Source of the DNA: Candidatus Omnitrophota bacterium
GTDB taxonomy: Bacteria; Omnitrophota; Gorgyraeia; JABMRN01; RBG-13-46-9
Direction of reading: 5' to 3'
Length of the DNA stretch: 64,000 nt
Assembly: GCA_013203315.1 (NCBI GenBank)
Contig: JABMQJ010000016.1
Coordinates: 4,956-68,955 of the forward strand
The notes under the pieces are model-generated. The model saw only the letters and a list, made by a program, of their open reading frames with translations. It was not told the origin of the DNA and ran no database searches. Both the position numbers and the translations under genes were made by a program. How positions within the stretch are numbered: the stretch's first letter is position 1; the number at the start of each line of letters is the position of its first letter. Below, in pieces: positions 43,434-50,952 of this stretch.

Positions 43434-44813
43434 ATGCATAGTAAAAAATCCATCCCAAATACGGCAAAATCTTGTTTAGACAGGATAAGCGCTATCAACG
43501 AGAAACTAAATGCGATTATCTATATTGATACGGACAAGGTGCTTAAAAACGCTCAGGAAAAACCTTCCGGCATACCCATAACTATTAAGGACAATATTTG
43601 CGTTAAGGACGAGCCAACAACATGTGCTTCAAGAATATTGGAAAATTTTAAGCCCCCTTACGATGCCACAGTTATCAAAAAGCTAAAAGATGCAGGTTTC
43701 ATCTTAATGGGAAAAGCCAATATGGACGAGTTTGCTTTCGGTTCTTCCTGCGAGACATCGTGCTACGGCCCAACCCGGAACCCCTGGGACACAACGAGGA
43801 TACCGGGCGGTTCAAGCGGCGGCTCTGCGTGCGCGGTGGCCGGAGGAGAAGTACCGATGGCTCTAGGCTCGGACACCGGAGGCTCAATCAGACAGCCCGC
43901 AGCCCTGTCAGGCATTGTGGGCATGAAACCGACGTATGGAAGGGTTTCGCGCTATGGCCTTATAGCGTTCGCCTCAAGTTTAGACCAGATCGGACCGCTT
44001 GCCGGAAATGTGCGCGACGCGGCCATGTTGCTTAACGTAATCTCCGGCTATGATGAATTAGACTCGACGTCTGCGGATGTAGCATGCCCCGATTTTACAC
44101 AATCTCTTGAAAATAACGTAAGAAAAATAAAGATAGGCGTACCAAAAGAATATTTTCCGGAAAAGGGTTTGGACGGAGAGGTTAAGAAGGCTATTCTGGA
44201 GTCAAAAGATATTTTACAAGGCCTCGGTGCCGAACTTATCGATATTAGCTTACCGCATACCGAGTATGCGGTAAGCTGCTACTATATAATTGCACCCGCG
44301 GAAGCAAGCTCTAACCTTGCGCGTTTTGACGGGGATCAATACGGCCTACGGAAAGACGCAAAAAACATGATCGACATGCACCTTAAGACGCGGACGGCCG
44401 GCTTCGGAGATGAAGCAAAAAGAAGAATTCTCCTCGGGACGTATTCGCTATCCAGCGGTTATTACGAGGCCTACTACTTAAAGGCGATGAAGGTTCGGAC
44501 CAAGATAAAAAATGATTTTCTAGAAGCGTTTAAAACCTGCGACGTGATATTGACGCCGACAACGCCCGCTCCTGCCTTTAAAATCGGCGAAAAGATAAAC
44601 GACCCCTTGGGCATGTACTTATCAGACATCTTTACGATTCCCGCAAATCTTGCAGGCATACCGGGCATATCCATACCGTGCGGCTTTACGAAAGGTGGCC
44701 TCCCTATAGGCTTGCAGCTTCTCGGCAAGCCCTTTGACGAAGAAACTCTCTTCAGGGTTGCGTACGCGTTTGAACAGAATACGGAATTTCATAAACGAAA
44801 ACCGAATATTTAA
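43434..44813 (+). CDS. gatA: Asp-tRNA(Asn)/Glu-tRNA(Gln) amidotransferase subunit A
   Basis: Amidase signature 'GGSSGGSACAVAGG', 'GKANMDEFAFGSS', Ser-cisSer-Lys triad context. Confidence 0.9.
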   Translation: MHSKKSIPNTAKSCLDRISAINEKLNAIIYIDTDKVLKNAQEKPSGIPITIKDNICVKDEPTTCASRILENFKPPYDATVIKKLKDAGFILMGKANMDEFAFGSSCETSCYGPTRNPWDTTRIPGGSSGGSACAVAGGEVPMALGSDTGGSIRQPAALSGIVGMKPTYGRVSRYGLIAFASSLDQIGPLAGNVRDAAMLLNVISGYDELDSTSADVACPDFTQSLENNVRKIKIGVPKEYFPEKGLDGEVKKAILESKDILQGLGAELIDISLPHTEYAVSCYYIIAPAEASSNLARFDGDQYGLRKDAKNMIDMHLKTRTAGFGDEAKRRILLGTYSLSSGYYEAYYLKAMKVRTKIKNDFLEAFKTCDVILTPTTPAPAFKIGEKINDPLGMYLSDIFTIPANLAGIPGISIPCGFTKGGLPIGLQLLGKPFDEETLFRVAYAFEQNTEFHKRKPNI

Positions 44814-44814
44814 A

Positions 44815-46251
44815 ATGAAAAACTACGAAGTGGTCATAGGCCTGGAAGCACATGTTCATCTTTTAACGGAGAGTAAGGCATTCTGCGGATGCAGCACAAA
44901 ATTTGGTTTAGAGCCCAATAGCTCAACGTGCCCTGTTTGTCTTGGCCTACCCGGATCATTGCCGGTCTTGAATGAGAAAGCATTTCTTTACGCGATAAAA
45001 ACAGCGCTTGCGTTGCATTGCAAGATTCAGAATTTAATAAAATTCGACAGAAAAAATTATTATTACCCCGATCTACCTAAAAATTATCAAATATCACAAT
45101 ACGATATGCCCCTTGCCTATGACGGCGTAATCGAGATCGAAAGCCAAGAGAGTAAAAAGAAAATACGCGTCAAGCGCGTGCACTTAGAGGAGGATGCCGG
45201 CAAGCTAATGCATGAGGCGGAAAAAGGCGTAAGCTACGTGGATTTCAATAGGGCCGGGGTTGCGCTTTTGGAAATCGTAAGCGAACCGGACATACATTCT
45301 CCCGAAGATGCAAGCGCATATCTGGTAAACTTAAAAGCTATTTTAAAATATTTAAAAGTGTCGGATTGCAACATGGAAGAGGGCAGCTTAAGGTGTGACG
45401 CCAACATATCCGTAAGGCCCGAAGGCGCAAAGGCTCTCGGCGTAAAAGCAGAACTTAAAAATATGAATTCGTTTAAGGCCGTAAGAGACGCCCTCTCTTA
45501 CGAAGCCAAGAGGCAGATTGACCTGCTTGCCGCGGGTGAAAAGATACAGCAGGAGACGCGTCTCTGGAATGAGGCTCGTGGGCTAACAATAGCCATGAGA
45601 TCAAAAGAGGATACCCAGGATTACCGCTATTTTCCCGAGCCCGACCTGGTCCCGTTTACTGTCGACAAGAACAAAATAGACCAGATCATGCGTTCGCTAC
45701 CCGAGCTTCCACAGGCTAAAAAAAAGCGTTTTATTTCCGACTATTCCGTAAGCGAATACGATGCTCGCGTATTAACTCGCGAAGCTGATGTATCGGATTT
45801 TTTCGAAGCAACAATAAAGACATACAATAACCCCAAGGAAATAGCGAATTGGCTCTTGGGTGACATTGCTTCGCTTCTGAATGCGCGTAAGGTTTCAATC
45901 GCCAAGACAAAGCTCAAGCCCGGGCACCTCGCCGAGATGCTCGAAATGATTCACTCCGAAGAGATAAGCGGCAAGATTGCAAAGGAAGTTCTGCCGGAAG
46001 TTTTTGAGAACGGCTTATCGCCGAAAGAAATAGTGCGACAAAAAGGCCTTAAGCAGATAAAGGATAGCGGAGAGCTTACCTCGATAATCGAGCTCGTAAT
46101 AAAAGAAAATGAAAAATCCACAAATGACTACAAGGCGGGCAAAAAAAATGCACTAATGTTTCTTGTGGGGCAGGTAATGAAAAAAACAAAGGGTAAGGCA
46201 AACCCAAAAATTTTAAACAACATTCTCAAAAATATGTTGGGAGGAAAGTAA
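44815..46251 (+). CDS. gatB: Asp-tRNA(Asn)/Glu-tRNA(Gln) amidotransferase subunit B
   Basis: 'YEVVIGLEAHVHL' N-terminus, 'CGCSTKFG...CPVCLGLPGSLP' motif, C-terminal GatB/YqeY domain. Start at the ATG 44815, 1 nt after gatA stop (track start 44734 rejected). Confidence 0.9.
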   Translation: MKNYEVVIGLEAHVHLLTESKAFCGCSTKFGLEPNSSTCPVCLGLPGSLPVLNEKAFLYAIKTALALHCKIQNLIKFDRKNYYYPDLPKNYQISQYDMPLAYDGVIEIESQESKKKIRVKRVHLEEDAGKLMHEAEKGVSYVDFNRAGVALLEIVSEPDIHSPEDASAYLVNLKAILKYLKVSDCNMEEGSLRCDANISVRPEGAKALGVKAELKNMNSFKAVRDALSYEAKRQIDLLAAGEKIQQETRLWNEARGLTIAMRSKEDTQDYRYFPEPDLVPFTVDKNKIDQIMRSLPELPQAKKKRFISDYSVSEYDARVLTREADVSDFFEATIKTYNNPKEIANWLLGDIASLLNARKVSIAKTKLKPGHLAEMLEMIHSEEISGKIAKEVLPEVFENGLSPKEIVRQKGLKQIKDSGELTSIIELVIKENEKSTNDYKAGKKNALMFLVGQVMKKTKGKANPKILNNILKNMLGGK

Positions 46252-46254
46252 GGC

Positions 46255-47457
46255 ATGAACAGTGTAACGTTAAAAAAAATAGTTTTCGTTTTTCTGATCT
46301 TATGCGGCTTTGCGTATTTTAACGTATGCGATAAGGCTAGTGCAGTGGACCGGGACGCGGAACTTTATAAACAGATCGAGTTATTTTCAGACGCTGTAAC
46401 CATAATACGGTCGGACTACGTGGAAAACCCGGAGCCGAAAAAACTCGTGTACGGCGCGCTAAGCGGAATGCTTTCCTCGCTAGACGGATACAGCCAATTC
46501 TTAAACCCCGACGAGTTTAAGGAGATGCAGATAGAGACTAAAGGCGAATTCGGTGGCCTAGGCATTGAAATTGCCATGAGAGACAATACGCTTACGGTCA
46601 TAGCGCCGATGGACGGTACCCCGGCCCACAAAGCCGGTATAAAGGCCGGAGATAAAATTATTAAAATCGACGGGGAGATGACGCAGAATATTACCCTTAC
46701 GGGTGCTGTAAAAAAATTAAGGGGCAAACCAAAAACAAAGGTTGTGCTTTCGATTTTGCGCAAAGGCGAAAAAGAGCTACTGGACATTACCATTGTACGC
46801 AACGTTATCAAATTGAAAAGCATAAAGACTGCGAAGATGCTGGATGGTGAACTGGGATATATTAAACTGATAGAGTTTCAGGAGAAAACTCCGGATGACC
46901 TGGAAAAAGCGCTTTTAGTATTAAGAGAAAAGGGGATGAAAGGACTAATTCTTGACGTGCGTAATAATCCTGGCGGTCTTCTGGACACGGCCTATGAAGT
47001 TTCAAATAAGTTTTTACCGGAAGGCAAAGTTATAGTATCGCTTGATGGCCGCGTTCCGAAACAAAACAAAACATATAAATCTCGCGGAAAAACAAATTTC
47101 GCCGATCTTCCCATGGTTGTCCTTATTAACAAAGGATCAGCCAGCGCCTCTGAAATTGTCGCGGGGGCAATGCAGGACAATAAGCGCGCAGCGATTGTGG
47201 GTACTCCTTCATTCGGTAAGGGCTCGGTCCAGACCGTCGTGCCGCTAGGTGACGGCTCTGCGGTTAGGCTAACTACCGCTGCCTACCACACGCCGAGTGG
47301 ACGCGTAATAAGCAATAAAGGCATAATTCCTGATATCGAGATAGAACCTGATGAAGAACCCGATGGAGCTGAGTCCGATACCCCTGTAAAAGATAATCAA
47401 CTACAGGCCGCCATAGATGTCTTACAGCAGGAAGTAGCAGCCAAAACCAAGGGCTAG
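46255..47457 (+). CDS. ctpA: Carboxyl-terminal processing protease (S41 family) with PDZ domain
   Basis: Signal peptide, PDZ ('GGLGIEIAMRDNTLTVIAPMDGTPAHKAGIKAGDKIIKIDGE'), S41 catalytic region 'GSASASEIVAGAMQD' and 'FGKGSVQ'. Confidence 0.85.
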   Translation: MNSVTLKKIVFVFLILCGFAYFNVCDKASAVDRDAELYKQIELFSDAVTIIRSDYVENPEPKKLVYGALSGMLSSLDGYSQFLNPDEFKEMQIETKGEFGGLGIEIAMRDNTLTVIAPMDGTPAHKAGIKAGDKIIKIDGEMTQNITLTGAVKKLRGKPKTKVVLSILRKGEKELLDITIVRNVIKLKSIKTAKMLDGELGYIKLIEFQEKTPDDLEKALLVLREKGMKGLILDVRNNPGGLLDTAYEVSNKFLPEGKVIVSLDGRVPKQNKTYKSRGKTNFADLPMVVLINKGSASASEIVAGAMQDNKRAAIVGTPSFGKGSVQTVVPLGDGSAVRLTTAAYHTPSGRVISNKGIIPDIEIEPDEEPDGAESDTPVKDNQLQAAIDVLQQEVAAKTKG

Positions 47458-47518
47458 TGCACATAGGATAGTATTATATGTTATTTACTTGCGTCCAATA
47501 TGTTTGTAAGGTATACTT

Positions 47519-48511
47519 ATGATAACTACATTAGGCGTCGAAACCTCCTGCGATGAAACAGCAATAGCCGTGATCCAAGAGGGTAGGATATTGTCCAGCA
47601 TTGTGTCATCCAGCGTCCCGTTACATGAAAAATTCGGGGGCGTAATTCCGGAGATAGCATCGAGATACCATATTGAATATATTAACAAAGTAGCAAAAAA
47701 AGCCTTGAGGAAAGCAAAAATTACTTTTGATGATTTGGATTTGATCGCCGCAACGGAAACACCCGGGCTTCCGGGCTCTCTCCTGGTGGGGCTATCGTTT
47801 GCCAAGGCAATGAGCTATGCGCTAGATTTACCGCTTGTAAACGTAAACCATCTACACGCTCATCTTTTTGCTAACTTTCTATCTAAAGACTCCGAGCGGC
47901 TCAAATTTCCGTTTGTTGGTTGCGTGGTTTCTGGCGGCCACACAAATATTTTTATCGTGAGGTCCCTTAAAGATTTCGAGCTAATCGGCAAGACAAAGGA
48001 TGATGCTATCGGAGAGGCATTTGATAAGGTTGCGAAGGTTTTGGGTATCGGATATCCCGGCGGGCCAAAAATCGAAAAATATGCTAGAATTTTCGCGCGC
48101 CCGACTTTCGTGCCAGGCAAATCGAATAAGCCGATCAACTTTCCCAGGGCCTACATGGACAACGATTCCTTCGATTTTAGCTTAAGTGGAATAAAGACCG
48201 CCGTTCTTTATCATGTTAAGAAAAAAAGGATTTCCAGACGAGAAATTTCAAGAATATCCTGGTCTTTTCAGGAGGCTGTGTTTGACGTCCTGGCGGAACG
48301 CGTGGAAAAGGCCTGTAAAAAGTTTAAGATTAAAAACGTTTTCTTCGGAGGAGGCGTTATTTCGAACAGACGATTGCGCGCCAAATTCGAGCGTATTTCG
48401 GTAAATACGGGATACAAGTTTTTTTATCCGCCACCGGCGTTATGTGTAGATAATGCCGCTATGATTGCAGGCTTGGGCGAGATTTTATTTAAAAACAAAA
48501 ACAGTAAATGA
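47519..48511 (+). CDS. tsaD: tRNA N6-adenosine threonylcarbamoyltransferase TsaD (Kae1/YgjD)
   Basis: 'TLGVETSCDETAIAVI' N-terminus, metal-binding 'HLHAH', 'VSGGHT'. Confidence 0.9.
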   Translation: MITTLGVETSCDETAIAVIQEGRILSSIVSSSVPLHEKFGGVIPEIASRYHIEYINKVAKKALRKAKITFDDLDLIAATETPGLPGSLLVGLSFAKAMSYALDLPLVNVNHLHAHLFANFLSKDSERLKFPFVGCVVSGGHTNIFIVRSLKDFELIGKTKDDAIGEAFDKVAKVLGIGYPGGPKIEKYARIFARPTFVPGKSNKPINFPRAYMDNDSFDFSLSGIKTAVLYHVKKKRISRREISRISWSFQEAVFDVLAERVEKACKKFKIKNVFFGGGVISNRRLRAKFERISVNTGYKFFYPPPALCVDNAAMIAGLGEILFKNKNSK

Positions 48512-48524
48512 AAGGGGGTAACGC

Positions 48525-49061
48525 ATGGCTCTTAGAAGGAAGCATGAGGTTCCGAAGGAAAAAGTTCTGGAGGTGGATGCAAGCATGCAAGGCACGCTTA
48601 CATTCAAAGACCCGGTAAACTTAAGGATTAACGGTAAGTTTGAAGGAAAGCTCCTCACGAAAGGCAGTCTTACAGTCGGCGAACACGCCGTTGTAAACGC
48701 TGATATTACCGGCGATGTTATAACTGTTGCCGGTAGGGTTAATGGCGACATCAAGGCCTCTGTGGAGTTGAACCTGATAGCGCCCGCGTTCGTTGTGGGG
48801 GATATAAAGGCTCCTGCTCTTCGCATCGCACAGGGTGCTATTATCGAAGGTTATTGTAACATGATTTCAGACAGGAAGGGCGGAGAACCCGCTTCTGACA
48901 TGCTTACGATTGACCAGGTTGCCAAGTTTTTGGAAGTTGACACGAACGTAATTACCGAGTGGGCTGATACCGGTAAGCTCCCGGCCGTCAAGGACGGTTC
49001 CAGATGGAGTTTTGAAAGATCTAAAATTGAGGAATGGCTCACAAGCGAAAAAATAAAGTAA
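48525..49061 (+). CDS. Bactofilin-domain protein fused to a C-terminal excisionase-family (HTH_17-like) helix-turn-helix domain
   Basis: Bactofilin beta-helix repeats 'GSLTVGEHAVVNADITGDVITVAGRVNGDIKASVELNLIAPAFVVGDIKAPALRIAQGAIIEG'. C-terminal 'LTIDQVAKFLEVDTNVITEWADTGKLPAVKDGSRWSFERSKIEEWL' matches the excisionase-type DNA-binding HTH (TIGR01764-like) pattern. Confidence 0.7.
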   Translation: MALRRKHEVPKEKVLEVDASMQGTLTFKDPVNLRINGKFEGKLLTKGSLTVGEHAVVNADITGDVITVAGRVNGDIKASVELNLIAPAFVVGDIKAPALRIAQGAIIEGYCNMISDRKGGEPASDMLTIDQVAKFLEVDTNVITEWADTGKLPAVKDGSRWSFERSKIEEWLTSEKIK

Positions 49062-49087
49062 ACCAGAAATAGTAACTTAATTAAATT

Positions 49088-49435
49088 ATGCCCGATAAAC
49101 TCTTTACGATAGAGGAGGCGGCTATCCTGCTCGGGGTGCCGGAAGACCGCATTAAAAAGCTTGTCAGTAACGGCAGCTTGCCGGCTTATAAGATTGGCGG
49201 TCGATTTCTTCGGTTCAGGAGGGAGCAAATAGAAGCTATTAGGTATGAGATTCATGATAAGTTTGGCGCCAAGGTGGTGGAGCGGGCCTCAAGGGACTAT
49301 CTCCAAAAAACCAAAGGCGTAGTATACCCGCAGTCGCTTCTCGATAGAATTTTGGATTTCTTTTATTTCAACGACTTTTATGTTGTTGCTGCCGCGCTGG
49401 CATGCTTGATTTTGTTGTTCATATTTAAGGGATAG
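49088..49435 (+). CDS. Tail-anchored membrane protein with N-terminal excisionase-family HTH domain
   Basis: N-terminus 'LFTIEEAAILLGVPEDRIKKLVSNGSLPAYKIGGRFLRFRREQIEAI' (HTH_17-like), C-terminal TM 'FYVVAAALACLILLFIF'. Paralogous HTH to the upstream bactofilin fusion. Confidence 0.55.
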   Translation: MPDKLFTIEEAAILLGVPEDRIKKLVSNGSLPAYKIGGRFLRFRREQIEAIRYEIHDKFGAKVVERASRDYLQKTKGVVYPQSLLDRILDFFYFNDFYVVAAALACLILLFIFKG

Positions 49436-50386
49436 ATGCTTAAGGTAACCTTTCTACGATTATTCCCCTTATGTTTTTTTATTTGCGCCATGACTGCTTT
49501 CGCCGACACGGTCTATCTGGAAAACGGCGAGAAAATGAAAGGCGTAATAGTAGAAGAATACCACGATAGGGTCGTTATCTCGACCCATGAAGGCGAAAAA
49601 AGTATTCTTAAAAAAGACATCCACACCATCTCCTACGATCTGGTTGAGCAAAACCTTGTGGTCCTTGGTGATTCGTATGCCGACCGCAATAAACATGGAG
49701 AAGCCTACTTTTATTATAAAAAAGCCGTCAAAATAAATCCGAAATATAAAATTGCGCGTGACAAAATGAACTTTACGGCAGGGCAGGCGTTCCGTCAATC
49801 ACAAAAAGAGAAGCGGGACGCTGTGAAGCGAAGGCAGGAGATCGAGGATTCATCGAGGCCCTTGCCTTACGAAGAAAAAGATTTTAAAAAAGAGCTTGAA
49901 CAAAAAATCGGTATAATCATCGCTGAAGAAGGCGATAGCGTAAAGATAATAAATGTTACCGATGACAGCGCGGCGGACGACGCCGGCTTACGGCCCGGCG
50001 ATACGCTAATTTCTGCCTGGGGCCGCTTTACCGATTACATGTCAAAAGAAAATGTAAGCCGCCTTTTACTGGAAAGTCTGGGCGAGATTAAAATAGATAT
50101 CCAGCGGGACGTCGTCTTAAAAAAAGAAAGCCCGGCTGCGATATTTTATAAAGATATTATAGGCGGAAAATTGGATATGCTAAGAGACGGCCTGACCATC
50201 GTGGATTTAAAAGAAGGGTCCCCCGGACAAGAGGCGGGCCTCAGTAAAGACGATTTGATCATTGCCATAAACGGCGCCTCGACTCGTTATATGCCGCTTT
50301 CGGATGCAATTAAGATAATTGAAAACAAAAAAACGGGCGCGATAAAATTTACCGTAAGAAGGGACGCGACTATATGGAGGAAGTAG
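49436..50386 (+). CDS. Secreted protein with TPR-like N-terminal region and two PDZ domains (no protease domain)
   Basis: Signal peptide 'MLKVTFLRLFPLCFFICAMTAFA', then PDZ1 'VKIINVTDDSAADDAGLRPGDTLISAWG' and PDZ2 'LTIVDLKEGSPGQEAGLSKDDLIIAINGA'. Confidence 0.65.
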   Translation: MLKVTFLRLFPLCFFICAMTAFADTVYLENGEKMKGVIVEEYHDRVVISTHEGEKSILKKDIHTISYDLVEQNLVVLGDSYADRNKHGEAYFYYKKAVKINPKYKIARDKMNFTAGQAFRQSQKEKRDAVKRRQEIEDSSRPLPYEEKDFKKELEQKIGIIIAEEGDSVKIINVTDDSAADDAGLRPGDTLISAWGRFTDYMSKENVSRLLLESLGEIKIDIQRDVVLKKESPAAIFYKDIIGGKLDMLRDGLTIVDLKEGSPGQEAGLSKDDLIIAINGASTRYMPLSDAIKIIENKKTGAIKFTVRRDATIWRK

Positions 50387-50388
50387 GA

Positions 50389-50826
50389 ATGGAAAAGAGG
50401 CTCTACAAGAGAACCCGATACATTGTCAAAGCAAAATTCCAGATGAAATATGTTGGCTTACTTCTTTTAGTTGCGCTTGCAAGCGCAACTATTTCCGGAT
50501 ATACGATATATTATAACTCATGGGTTCTTTTAGGGGAAAAACTCGCAAACGTCTACCCGCAGGGAAGACTCATGGAGATTTTTAAATCCGTAAACATTAA
50601 ACTGGCCGTTAGTATGGTTTTTGTTTCAATGATTTGCATAGGGATAGGGATTTTGGCATCACACAAGATCGCGGGCCCCGTTCACAGGATGGTAATGTTT
50701 CTAGACAGCTTAACGGCTGGCGATTACAGTAAGCGTCTGTTCTTAAGGAAGAAAGATGAATTGAAGGACCTGGCAGAGGCCATAAACAGGCTGACAGTCG
50801 AACTGGATAAGAAAAAAAAGGCTTGA
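50389..50826 (+). CDS. Membrane protein with two TM helices and a HAMP domain only (no output domain)
   Basis: TM1 'VGLLLLVALASATISGYTIYY', TM2 'LAVSMVFVSMICIGIGILA', HAMP 'IAGPVHRMVMFLDSLTAGDYSKRLFLRKKDELKDLAEAINRLTVEL'. Start at the ATG 50389 (RBS 'ggaggaag', after the PDZ gene stop) rather than the track's 50374. Confidence 0.6.
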   Translation: MEKRLYKRTRYIVKAKFQMKYVGLLLLVALASATISGYTIYYNSWVLLGEKLANVYPQGRLMEIFKSVNIKLAVSMVFVSMICIGIGILASHKIAGPVHRMVMFLDSLTAGDYSKRLFLRKKDELKDLAEAINRLTVELDKKKKA

Positions 50827-50851
50827 CAGTATCAATGGGATGTGTTATTTT
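50823..50851 (+). promoter_or_regulatory. Putative extended -10 promoter upstream of polA (TTGACA-17-TGtTATTTT)
   Basis: TTGACA 50823-50828, 17-nt spacer, TG at -15/-14 then TATTTT 50846-50851. Confidence 0.4.
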
Positions 50852-50952
50852 GTTTCACGATCACTTAGCTACTAAGTTCTTTCAGCTAAAGCAGTTACAA
50901 AAGGCCCAACCTAGTTTGTAATAATCGAAAATCAAATCTGATGTATTAATCC

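Noticed and set aside
44734-44814. ORF-track start of gatB at 44734
   Set aside because: Overlaps gatA by 80 nt. The ATG at 44815 is 1 nt after the gatA stop and begins the conserved GatB N-terminus 'YEVVIGLEAHVHL'.
47489-47517. Promoter-like TTGCGT-17-TATACT immediately before tsaD
   Set aside because: The -10 hexamer ends 1 nt before the tsaD ATG, too close for either a leadered or a leaderless start. Likely fortuitous AT-rich sequence; the real promoter is probably upstream (ctpA or earlier).
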